Made by a program: the position numbers and the translations under genes. A stretch of DNA of 62,808 nt, filler included, from Stramenopiles sp. TOSAG23-2 (taxonomy: Eukaryota), in the NCBI GenBank assembly GCA_900128395.1. It is 11 parts of 11 records of this genome, joined end to end, with 100 filler letters (N's around TTAATTAATTAA, not from the genome) between each part and the next. Parts side by side here need not be neighbours in the genome. Positions count along the whole stretch, not along the records: positions 30,788 to 36,836 come from LT650536.1; positions 36,937 to 42,983 come from LT650537.1; positions 43,084 to 49,129 come from LT650538.1; 8 more parts are not named here. One strand, given 5' to 3'. The notes below the pieces were generated by a model. The model was not told the origin of the DNA and did no database searches. It saw nothing but the letters and a program-made list of their open reading frames with translations. Shown here piece after piece: positions 35,839 to 46,100 of the stretch; the first letter of the stretch is position 1; every line of letters begins with the position of its first letter.

Positions 35839-36836
35839 ATCCATACCAATCGATGGTGCATTTGGCATGCCACGACTATTTTTACTATTGCGCATTTTTT
35901 TACTATTATTATTACTACTATTTGGTTTTACTACTTGCATGATACCAACATTTGGTGTACGACTAAATGTTTTATTGAAATTTTCTTCACGATTTAATAA
36001 TTCTAATTTAAAATATTTCATTTCCTCCTTCACACGTTTAATTTCTTTATTTTTCTTCACCATTTGCGACTCAAGTTCACGTATACGTTTGATATCTTCC
36101 GGTCGACTTTCACGATTCATAAAACGTTCTTCTAAACTATTAAAACGTGCTTGCAATTCTGCATATTGATCATCCATGATTTCCTTTGATTTCATAAATT
36201 CTTCATTTAATTCACGTGTTTGATTCATATTTTCCTCAATCAATCGATCCATCATAGCTTTATGGGATCGTTGTAAATGATCTTCTAATTGCTGGCGTTC
36301 CTCCTTGTTACGTTTTTGCTCTTCTTTGAAATCATTTGCATATTTATCATTTGCACGTTGTAATGCATTTTTCATTTTGTTTTCCCATTCATTAATTGTT
36401 TTATTTAATTTATTTTGCTGTGCTTTTTCAATATTTTTTTGTTTAAAATCAAACCGATCTTGTTCTTTTTGCATTGCATTTGCATATTTTTCATTCATTT
36501 CTTTCATCGTTGTTTGCATCAATTCTTTTGCTTGTTGATCTTGTTTTAATAATTCTTGTTTGAAACGTTCTTGTTCATTTGCCATATCTTGTTTTGAATT
36601 ATTTAATTTTTCCGTCCATTCATCAATCGTTTCTTTTAATTTCAAGGAAGCATTTTGTAATTCTTGTTGAAATTTCTCCGTCGTTTCTTTTAAATTGTTT
36701 TGCATTGTTTCAATATTGTTTTCTAAATCAACAATTGTTGCTTTATATTTTAATATTTCATTTTGCAATGCTTCATTATTTTTGGAATTTTCATTCATGG
36801 AATCTTGTAATGCTTTCATCTTCTTTGTCCATTCAT
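35722..36836 (-). CDS. FAM184-like coiled-coil protein, C-terminal part
   Basis: Long coiled coil ending in RESRPEDI..RELE..KYFKLELLNREENFNKTF, the FAM184A/B C-terminal signature; 5' truncated by the gap. Confidence 0.8.
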
Positions 36837-36936
36837 NNNNNNNNNNNNNNNNNNNNNNNNNNNNNNNNNNNNNNNNNNNNTTAATTAATTAANNNNNNNN
36901 NNNNNNNNNNNNNNNNNNNNNNNNNNNNNNNNNNNN

Positions 36937-37050
36937 TATTTATCATAGAGCCAATTATAACACTATGATCATCACCGCATGATACCCACGTCGCATATAT
37001 TTTTAAACGTTTTGAAAATATCTTTGCTGATTTGGTATCGTCCTGATACT
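36937..37050 (-). other. Possible RCC1-repeat coding fragment running into the gap
   Basis: Reads KIYATWVSCGDDHSVIIG; no start codon is visible. Confidence 0.35.
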
Positions 37051-37181
37051 ATAAATTATCTATTTCACATTTGAATTATCTGTTAAATTTTTTTGAGCAC
37101 AGCCCTAGTAGCTAGCTGATCTTTTCACGGGCCACACATGTACTATCTTTTTTATATTTTAAAAACATTTTTTTAATTTTT

Positions 37182-38771
37182 TTACCTCAACTTTCCTACA
37201 CGAACACCTCTTTCCATTAATCTTTTTGTATGTGCAACTAGCCTTGGCAATGCTTGAGTATGATCTGTCACAGTTTCACTAGACCAAAGTCTTTCGGCAG
37301 CAGCTGCTGCAACTGGCCATGTACGAGAATCAAATTTATCTGCTGTAAATGGAAATGGACAAAACCCGGAGCAGCCCCAATAGGATACAGCACCACCATA
37401 CACTAACATTTTTTCCGCTGGTGTCCAATCTGTATTATTTCCATCAAATGGTTCATTATCATAAAAATCCGTCCATTTTGATTGAGAGTGAATATACCAT
37501 CCAGCTGATAATGTTGTTGCAGAGCCAGAATTTGCTATTGAATGAAGTGTTTGTTTATCTTTCCATACTGAAAATACAGTTTTATTATTACTATTTTTAG
37601 TAAGACCAGTTGTATAATTAAAAGCATCTTCCCAATACATAACTCGTTTGTTATTATTACTTGCATCATCAACGTTTTTTCTCACTTGACTAATCCATTG
37701 TGACAGCAATGTTGCAGTTGTTAAATGATTTTTCGTCATATATTCTTCAATAGCTTTATTTTTTTCCCAACAATTTAGATCCACTTCATCACCTCCAAGA
37801 TGTATAAATTCATCAGGAAAGATTGGATTGCTACCACTTATCATTTCATTTATAAATCCACTAACTACATCAAGCGTAAATGGTATCGTTGGATTCAAAG
37901 GAACACTGTCAGCGTTCAAAGTACAAAAATTCACCGTCATATTTTTATAAGCTTGTCCCCATGATTTTGAATGCCCTGGTGTATCTACTTCAAGCATCAC
38001 TCGTATTCCTCGTTGCTTAGCATACTCAATTAAATTTCGAATATCTGTTTCTGAATAAACACAACTTGCAGATGCACATAAATGGGAATGACCTTTGAAC
38101 TGACCTTTTTCAGATAATAATGGATATTTTTTGGATTCAATTGGAAAAGATTGACTATCAATTGCATGCCAATGCAATACGTTCAATTTCGAAAAAGACA
38201 TGGAGTCAATAATATGCTCTAAAAAGGAAATATTTAGATAATATCTAGCTGTATCAACCAACAATTCTCGGTGGTTAAACCGTGGAGAATCCATTATATT
38301 TACAAATGGCAATGTAAAATTTTCTGAAACTAGTTGTGAAAATGTCTCAAGTGCGCGTAAAGCACCAAAAGTGTTTTCTGCAGATATATTTACCGAAGAG
38401 GATCTTTCATCAATTGTAATGGAATATGTTTCATTTGTTTCCAAGTTCAAAGTGGCATTTATTTGATTTATTTGAATTTTGACCGTATTTATAATGTTTT
38501 GATTAGGTTCATCAATGCTATTTTTTTTGGATATGTAACCATGATATCGCTTACAAGCGCTATTTAATATATCAGATGAATATATTAAGTTATTAGGAGA
38601 TACGATCTTACATTCCCAATTTTCATTTAAAGATATTTGTCCTGATTGAATCATGTTAATTTTTGTTGGTTGTGGCCATAATAATGTTTGAATGACATCC
38701 TCTCCTTCCACTGCCATTATCATAATAATAATCATTATACAAAAAATATTCATTACTCTTGATTTTACCAT
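37182..38771 (-). CDS. Beta-N-acetylhexosaminidase (GH20), secreted/lysosomal
   Basis: Signal peptide, LWPQP, FGALRALETFSQL, LVDTARYY, NVLHWH..DSQSFP, DTPGH, catalytic HLGGDEV, WP..AA.AERLWS. Confidence 0.96.
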   Translation of the reverse strand: MVKSRVMNIFCIMIIIMIMAVEGEDVIQTLLWPQPTKINMIQSGQISLNENWECKIVSPNNLIYSSDILNSACKRYHGYISKKNSIDEPNQNIINTVKIQINQINATLNLETNETYSITIDERSSSVNISAENTFGALRALETFSQLVSENFTLPFVNIMDSPRFNHRELLVDTARYYLNISFLEHIIDSMSFSKLNVLHWHAIDSQSFPIESKKYPLLSEKGQFKGHSHLCASASCVYSETDIRNLIEYAKQRGIRVMLEVDTPGHSKSWGQAYKNMTVNFCTLNADSVPLNPTIPFTLDVVSGFINEMISGSNPIFPDEFIHLGGDEVDLNCWEKNKAIEEYMTKNHLTTATLLSQWISQVRKNVDDASNNNKRVMYWEDAFNYTTGLTKNSNNKTVFSVWKDKQTLHSIANSGSATTLSAGWYIHSQSKWTDFYDNEPFDGNNTDWTPAEKMLVYGGAVSYWGCSGFCPFPFTADKFDSRTWPVAAAAAERLWSSETVTDHTQALPRLVAHTKRLMERGVRVGKLR

Positions 38772-39282
38772 CTTGCTGTCTTATCTTTTTTCTGTATATA
38801 TCTGTATGTAATGTTTTTTTTTTTTAATAGTTCAATAATCAATCTAGTATATTATACAAAAAAAACAACAGATTTTCGTACACCAATTTAAAATAAAAGG
38901 AAATGCTTCTTCTTCAAAGATGAAAAATATACATCACATACGATATACTATATATAAAGTTTACAAACAACAAATTTATTAATTTATTTTTTGGGTTAGC
39001 TTGAATAAATTTTAAGTGATTCCCCCCCCCCGTCGCTATCAAAAAACACAAAGAATACAAATAATTTATACCTGTTATTACGTGGGGAAATCCAAAATCC
39101 CAAACCGCCGACCAGCATGAATATATACATGTATGCACTGATGATATATATTTTATGTGTAAAACAAAGAGAACAGAGGTTATAAAAGTTATATATATAC
39201 ATATAGAGATAGATGCAAAGTGCCATTGCTACGTACGTATTATTATTATTATTATTATTATTATATAAACAACAACGAAACA

Positions 39283-39816
39283 ATGACGTTGCCACCAGGG
39301 TGGAGAAAAAAAGAAAGTAAATCTAGGAAAGGACATTTTTATTATATATCACCAGAAGGTAAAACGCAATGGGATAAACCAACGGAGGAGGATACAAAAA
39401 AACGTAAACGTGAAGATGGGGATAGTAGTGGTAATAGTAAAAAATCAAAAGTTGATGCTGAGAAAGTGAGTGTGTTGCATTTATTAAAGAAACACAATAA
39501 ATCGAGACGACCAAGTTCATGGAGGGAAAAAAATATAACCAAAAGTAAAGAGGAAGCTATTGAGGAGTTAAAAGAATTAAGAGAAGCAATTGTAAGTGAA
39601 GCAAAAGGTGATGATAAATTAAGAGAAGTATTTGAAGAATATGCTGAAAGTGAAAGTGATTGTAGTTCAGCAAAGCGTAAAGGTGATTTAGGTCCATTTG
39701 GTAGACGTGAAATGCAACCATCATTTGAAAAGGCATCATTTGCATTAAAAGTAGGGGAACTATCAGAAATTATTGAATCAAATTCAGGTGTACATATCAT
39801 CTTGCGTTATAAATAA
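39283..39816 (+). CDS. PIN1: Peptidyl-prolyl isomerase Pin1/Ess1 (WW + parvulin)
   Basis: LPPGW..YY..TQWDKP WW domain; HLLKKH..SRRPSSWR, ESDCSSAKRKGDLG.F..MQ.SFE, SGVHII; ATG at 39283. Confidence 0.96.
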   Translation: MTLPPGWRKKESKSRKGHFYYISPEGKTQWDKPTEEDTKKRKREDGDSSGNSKKSKVDAEKVSVLHLLKKHNKSRRPSSWREKNITKSKEEAIEELKELREAIVSEAKGDDKLREVFEEYAESESDCSSAKRKGDLGPFGRREMQPSFEKASFALKVGELSEIIESNSGVHIILRYK

Positions 39817-39893
39817 AAAAATAAAAAAGTTATGATATCATACTAAAAGATATCATACATGTTGTACAAAATAAAATTTCTTCAATGTTGTTT

Positions 39894-40739
39894 TCACTTT
39901 CTACCGACTTCTCGTACAATATTGAATGATTCAATCGTTTGTTCTTCATTTATCATTTCTATGTCAATTTCATTTAAATCAAGTAAAGTATGTATCATTT
40001 CCATCTCATCAATTTCTATGAAATCTAATTCTAAATCAAATGCAGTTGAAAATTCATTTGCTACGATATTACCAATTGTATGGATATCCAGTACATTGTT
40101 ATCATCAAGCATTAATTTATTTAATGAAGTGACAGTTTTATTTTCAATACCACATGGAATGATATTATCAAAATAGTTTAAATTTGGATTAATATTCATT
40201 GAAAATCCATGCATAGTAACCCATTTAGAAGCAGATAAACCAATTGCAGCAATTTTACTATTGTTAACCCATACCCCTGTACCAGCATCATCTCTAGTAC
40301 AAGTCAAATCAAAATTACTTAAAGTATTAATAATACATTGTTCTATATTCCGCAAAAACCAATGTAAGTCTTTTTTATGTTTTGTCAAATCAAAAATTGG
40401 ATATCCAACTAATTGTCCTGGTCCATGCCACGTCACTTCTCCACCACGCTCAACTCGTATTATATCTATCTTATCTTCTTGGTCTTTCCCTGCATCTAAA
40501 TGATTAAATTTCAAATTATCCAGTGTTGAACGTCTACCTAGAGTATAAATGGATGGATGTTGCAATAGAAATAACGTATCGTGTGAGGTTTCATTATTAT
40601 TATTATTATTCATTGTATTTTTTTCATTTTCTTCTTTTACATGTAAAAATTGTTGCTTTTGTACAATTCTTTGATATGCTAACGCACGTCTATATGATAT
40701 TAATTGTTTAAAATAATATACTTTTAATTTTCTTCTCAT
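39894..40739 (-). CDS. LIPT2: Lipoyl(octanoyl) transferase
   Basis: QHPSIYTLGR, RGGEVTWHGPGQLVGYPI, KIAAIG, TMHGFSMN, IIPCGI (LipB family). Confidence 0.93.
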   Translation of the reverse strand: MRRKLKVYYFKQLISYRRALAYQRIVQKQQFLHVKEENEKNTMNNNNNNETSHDTLFLLQHPSIYTLGRRSTLDNLKFNHLDAGKDQEDKIDIIRVERGGEVTWHGPGQLVGYPIFDLTKHKKDLHWFLRNIEQCIINTLSNFDLTCTRDDAGTGVWVNNSKIAAIGLSASKWVTMHGFSMNINPNLNYFDNIIPCGIENKTVTSLNKLMLDDNNVLDIHTIGNIVANEFSTAFDLELDFIEIDEMEMIHTLLDLNEIDIEMINEEQTIESFNIVREVGRK

Positions 40740-41000
40740 TGTATGTATCGATTAAAAGTATTTATTACGATGATGGTTTAAATTGTTGTTGGTTTAAATT
40801 TGTTTTCTACTATTTTCTTCTTTATGTTTTCCCCGTTATCATGTATTATTTATTTATTTCAGCAACATACATGGCAGTTAAAAGTTCAATATTCAATTCA
40901 ATAATATATTATAGGACAAAATAATATATCAATACTATATCTAGTTGGAAATAAAACAAAACAAAAGAGTATACAAAAGATATAATGTATATAAAACAAG

Positions 41001-41717
41001 ATGGAACAAGATCAAAAAAATCAAAATGAAGAAGAACCATTAGAAGAACTAAGAAAAAGATTAGAGGCAGAAAGAAGGGAAGCGACGCGTAAACGTAGAG
41101 AAAGAATGAGGCAAGAAGTTTATGAGGAAGTTGGTGTGAATGAGGAATCTTCAAATAATAATGTAAATAATATCGAGGTACAACAAGAAATAATACAAAA
41201 CATTGAAGATATTAATGCATATGATGGGGACGAGATTGAAACGAATATTAGCAACGGGGCGCAGCAGGAATTATTACATAATATTGCAAGAATGAATAGT
41301 CCTAAAAATGTAAATAACAAAACAAAACAGAATGAAAATAATACATCCGAAGATCATCATGATGATAGCGAAAGAACAGAAACTGATGAGGATGAAAATA
41401 ATAATATTATGGAAAATAATAATAACAACAACGAGGATGACGATGATGATAATAATAATAACAACAGCGATGAAGATTTAGAATATTTAAAAGATGGCAA
41501 AGTTGATGGTGGGAAATTTCTTGAAAAAGTAGGACGTGAAAATGATGAAAATAAAAGAAGAAAAAGAGCAAAGGAAAAACATGATGCAATAATTGAATGT
41601 ATCTTATATCTAATACTGATTTTAATCGGGATAATTATTATTTTTGAATATATTACACGTCAATCGTCTAAACGATATCAAATACTTCGAGAAAGGGCAG
41701 CAGGTGGTGATCTGTAG
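41001..41717 (+). CDS. Acidic low-complexity protein with a single C-terminal TM helix
   Basis: 238-aa ORF rich in E/N/D; hydrophobic ILYLILILIGIIIIF near the C-terminus. Confidence 0.65.
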   Translation: MEQDQKNQNEEEPLEELRKRLEAERREATRKRRERMRQEVYEEVGVNEESSNNNVNNIEVQQEIIQNIEDINAYDGDEIETNISNGAQQELLHNIARMNSPKNVNNKTKQNENNTSEDHHDDSERTETDEDENNNIMENNNNNNEDDDDDNNNNNSDEDLEYLKDGKVDGGKFLEKVGRENDENKRRKRAKEKHDAIIECILYLILILIGIIIIFEYITRQSSKRYQILRERAAGGDL

Positions 41718-41914
41718 AGAGAGAGAGATGTCAGTCAGAGAGAGAGGGAAATGTAATTGATGTATTATATCTTAAAATATATAGTGTTTTAAAAAAGTAT
41801 GTTTTTTTATTTTTTGAAAAGAAGGCTTTGAACAAAACAACACTTCTTTCATCTTCCATCATCATGTGACCACATCTCTCCCATCATTCGCCTGTGGTGT
41901 CAAATTTATCAAAA

Positions 41915-42706
41915 TTAATCCTTTGTTTCTTTTTTTAAATACCTCGTATCTAATTCAAATACACGTATCATACTTTCTTTTGTAATTAATGTTTTAATCA
42001 CTTCGTTCTTTTTATTCAATGGTGGTAACCTTCTTTTCTCTTTTCCATGTTCAAATAATATGAAGCTTGGCAATTGATTTGATAAACCACCTACATCTAT
42101 TTTAAATACTTCAGCTAATTCTGGAAATTTACCAATATCAATTTGTCCAAAATTTAATGTAGCATTTGTATAACGTAATGATAATTCAGCAAATACAGGC
42201 ATAAAAAAATGACAATCTGGATTCCAATTCGTTACAAATGCTATTAACCAAATCGTATCTTTCTCTGCTGCTTTTCTACCGGTAACGCTATTTTCAAAAT
42301 CATTAATGGAATAAAATGTTGATATTTTTTGTGGCCCACTATATACAGGTACACCACCTTTTAATACTAAAAATAAGATAAAATAAATGATCAAATACCA
42401 AGTCATAATTCGCGTGTCAATAAAATATAAATATACGATTACAAGTGTTTTAAAATATGTTATGACTTGATTGATGTAATGATCGATAGTCTGTGCATTT
42501 CTATAACGAGAAATACATACTATGACTACTGATATTCCAATTTCCAATTCACGTGGCAATCCAGTCCATCCTTCCGCGGATGTTAAACCGTTGATGTAAT
42601 CTTTCGTACCATATATACGTATAAAAAGATATGATATGATAATTAAAAAATTCAATATATAATATTTTTGCAAAAATCGTGCAGATGTATTGTTCCCACC
42701 GCACAT
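41915..42706 (-). CDS. TMX2: Thioredoxin-related transmembrane protein 2-like
   Basis: N-terminal TM helices, PVYSGP, WNPDC (single-Cys Trx site), FAELSL.Y..LNFG.IDIG.FP, QLPS.ILF..GKE..RLP; Lys-rich ER-type tail. Confidence 0.88.
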   Translation of the reverse strand: MCGGNNTSARFLQKYYILNFLIIISYLFIRIYGTKDYINGLTSAEGWTGLPRELEIGISVVIVCISRYRNAQTIDHYINQVITYFKTLVIVYLYFIDTRIMTWYLIIYFILFLVLKGGVPVYSGPQKISTFYSINDFENSVTGRKAAEKDTIWLIAFVTNWNPDCHFFMPVFAELSLRYTNATLNFGQIDIGKFPELAEVFKIDVGGLSNQLPSFILFEHGKEKRRLPPLNKKNEVIKTLITKESMIRVFELDTRYLKKETKD

Positions 42707-43111
42707 GTTTGATCACTAATTTTTTTTTTTCTTTTGTTACTTCACTTTTGAAATTAATAGAGTCCTTCTTCAAAATGATTTATTTTATATATTCTAATAT
42801 ATATATATATATACAATTGGCTCTCTCTTTCATCAATTATTCATCTATATATATCGGATACACCTTTAACTGTCGTCTAGAGATGTGGTGGGTGGGTTTT
42901 GGGGTTTTTTTCTAGTCAAGTATACGGTTTGATAGAAAAACAAGCTAATAAGAATACAAAATATTTTAAATTTTAATAGCATTNNNNNNNNNNNNNNNNN
43001 NNNNNNNNNNNNNNNNNNNNNNNNNNNTTAATTAATTAANNNNNNNNNNNNNNNNNNNNNNNNNNNNNNNNNNNNNNNNNNNNGTGTGTTTTTTATTTCT
43101 TTTTTCAAAAT

Positions 43112-46100
43112 TTAAATACTCTTCGCGTAATCTTTTTTGTGAATATAATTCAAATCTAGCTTATCATTCTCCAACAAAAGACAAACGCTATCGTAATTGC
43201 CATTTAAACACGCTAACCAAATAGGGGTTGCCCCATCAAAACGAACACGATTTACCAATTCGTCTGCGTTTTCTTCTTCCAACATTTTTTTCAATTCTTT
43301 TGTGTAATCATTGGCCGAGGCACAAAAAATGGTGACATTAGCACCAACTGCATAGAGAAGATCCGCAATAGACTTCAAGTTATTTAAACTTGCATTAAAC
43401 ATTGGTGAATTGCCTTTGTTGTCTGGTATATTTATTCCCTTATTGTCTGGTATATTTGAGTCTATGTTTACGTCTAGTTTATCACAGGAAAGAAGAAGCG
43501 TTGTAACAACTTCTTTCTTCTTTTCCTCACTACATTTTTCACTACATACCACTGCATTCAGAGGAGTACGTCCATCTTTGTCTTGTATATTCACATTCAC
43601 ACCATTGTCAAGAAGTTGTGTTACTATTTCCACATGTCCGTTTTCACAAGCATGATGCAGCGGCGTTCGTCCCTTATTATACATTTTCGGATCTGATAAT
43701 AATCTGGAAAATTCATTCATTTCAACAGCGTCACTTATGTCTTTAGCTATATTTGGCTGAGCGAGGAGAAGCTGTACAACTTCAGTATGGCCATATATAC
43801 AAGCAGCATGCAGTGGTGCTGAACCGTAATTATTTAAACTATTTAAATCATCTTTATGTTGCTTAAGGAAATGTTCCACGGTTCTTACTTTACCTTCTTT
43901 ACATGCATCATACAAACCATAGATTTTTCCATTATCAAATGGCATTCCTGGCATTATATCTGCTAAGCTCTCGCTAATTTCTTTTGCTTTTTCGGCAAGT
44001 TGTTGTTTCAATTCTTCGTCTTGAATCCCATAAAGTTTTGCAGCAGTTTCAACACTTGCATCAACAAAAGGATTTCCTCGCTCATTTGTATCTGCTTTGC
44101 CCTTTTTCGTACTGAGTAAAGAAAGAATATGCATACGCTGGTTTTCAAGGGCTACTTTCTTGGCTACACTCAGGATTGTCCCTTGTTTGCAAGTTTTGCA
44201 GCAATAAACTTCATTTAAATTTGCTCCTTGCTGTAGAAGAAAATTTACAATGTCTTCACGACCATGTTTAATAGCAGCTACCAAAGGTTTTCCATTATTC
44301 ACAGAATCTTTCTGCATTAGCTGTTTTACAACCCCAAAATGGCCATATGCACAGGCAACGTGAAGAGGTGTCTCACCATTTTCATTTTCAGTTTTCCAAT
44401 TGGCATTTTTTTCTAGAAGCAATTTTACAACTTTATCGTGCCCAAATTTGGCAGCTGCATGCAAGGGTGTGGATTTGCTTTTTGGAACCGAAATATTAAC
44501 ATCAACACTTTTTTGCAGTAGTCGCTCCACTACTGCTAAATTACCACTCTTGCACGCATAAAAAAGAGCTGTTTTACCTTCATCGTCAGCTATATTCACA
44601 TTAATTTTATCGTTGTCAAGAAGGCACATTATAGAATTTTCATTGGTATGACGTTTTGCTTCTATGATGGACGTTATTAGGGGGGTAGACCCATATTTAT
44701 TAGCAGCATTTACATCTACATTCAAGTCTAGAAGAAGAAAACGCACAACATTGACTTGTCCATACGCACATGCAACATGCAAACAAGAAAAACCATGATA
44801 ATCAGAAAAATTAGTAACACGGGACCCAAGTTTTTGTAAACTTTTTACTACATCAAGATGACCGAAACCACAAGCATAATAAATAAAATTGCGCTGGTTG
44901 TTTTCGCAGAATACCATCGATTTTAGAGTATCGTTTTTCAATTTTAGTTCTAAATTTTTAACAGCAAAGTCGTTGAAGATACCATCCCTTAATGTATGCA
45001 TTGCCTCTTCTGTTTCTCCTTGTTCAATTTTACATAACGATTGTGTCAATAAAGTTTCAACTATGATCCTTTTCCACTCGTTCTCGTTAGAAAAATTTAA
45101 GTTTTTGTGAAATTCTTCTCTAATAAATGCATGAAGCAAATCATGAAGCCCCACGTCAATTTTCCCACCGTCATTCATAAAAGTTTGCTTTTCTTCATCA
45201 GTCATACATTTTGCACAAATATCATAACCACATTTTTTACACCCAATTATACGACTATTTGGATGTATATAGCTCCCACAATCATTACAATTGCGTCCTT
45301 CGTAAATACAGTAAGGTTTTAATTTATCACATTGACCAGTACATTTGTGGTTTTTAGTTCTCTTGTTTGCAATAGGTTTACTATTTTCGTCTTCTTCTTT
45401 CTTCCCTATTGTTCGGGGCCTATTTTCTAACAAGAATACTGCTTCAAGCTTATCCCAAACAAGATTTACATCTTTTATGCGGCCCCAGGACCAAAGAATC
45501 TGTAATGCCTCCTGCGTAATAATTGCACTCACAGGAAATATGCCTAACATTAAATACTTTAAATAAATTTCTTCGCCTAGCAAATCTTTATCTACGCCTG
45601 CACTAATAGCGAGATGCACAGAAGCTTTGTAATCTATGTCAAAACGGGGGCGACCACATTCAGTTGTAGTAAATACTTCAGGATTCCCTTCCAACCTCTT
45701 TTTTAATTCAGCCCAAAGATCTGGTCTATCTTTTTTTTTGCCCAAAAGCTGCTTTGCGATACCACCTGCCACTTTGACTAAAATAGGAATGTACCAACAT
45801 ATTTTTACAACAGCAAACGCATTATTGCAGTCACCATTTGCGTCAATCTGAATGGCTTCAGTTGCTAAACCAGCACTGTTGAGAAGTAGTTTTACGCCTT
45901 CTTCACGAGACAATTTATTTACTTCAATTAGCGTTTCTTCAGGGCAAATATTTTTGTCACGAGTCGTCATAAGAATTGAAAAATTATGATCAATTTCTCT
46001 TATTCTATTTATCACTGCAACCTGTTCTTTATAAATCAAATTGTCAACAATCAATAATAGCGGGCCATTGTTTCTAATATTTTTGTCGAAAATGTTTTTC

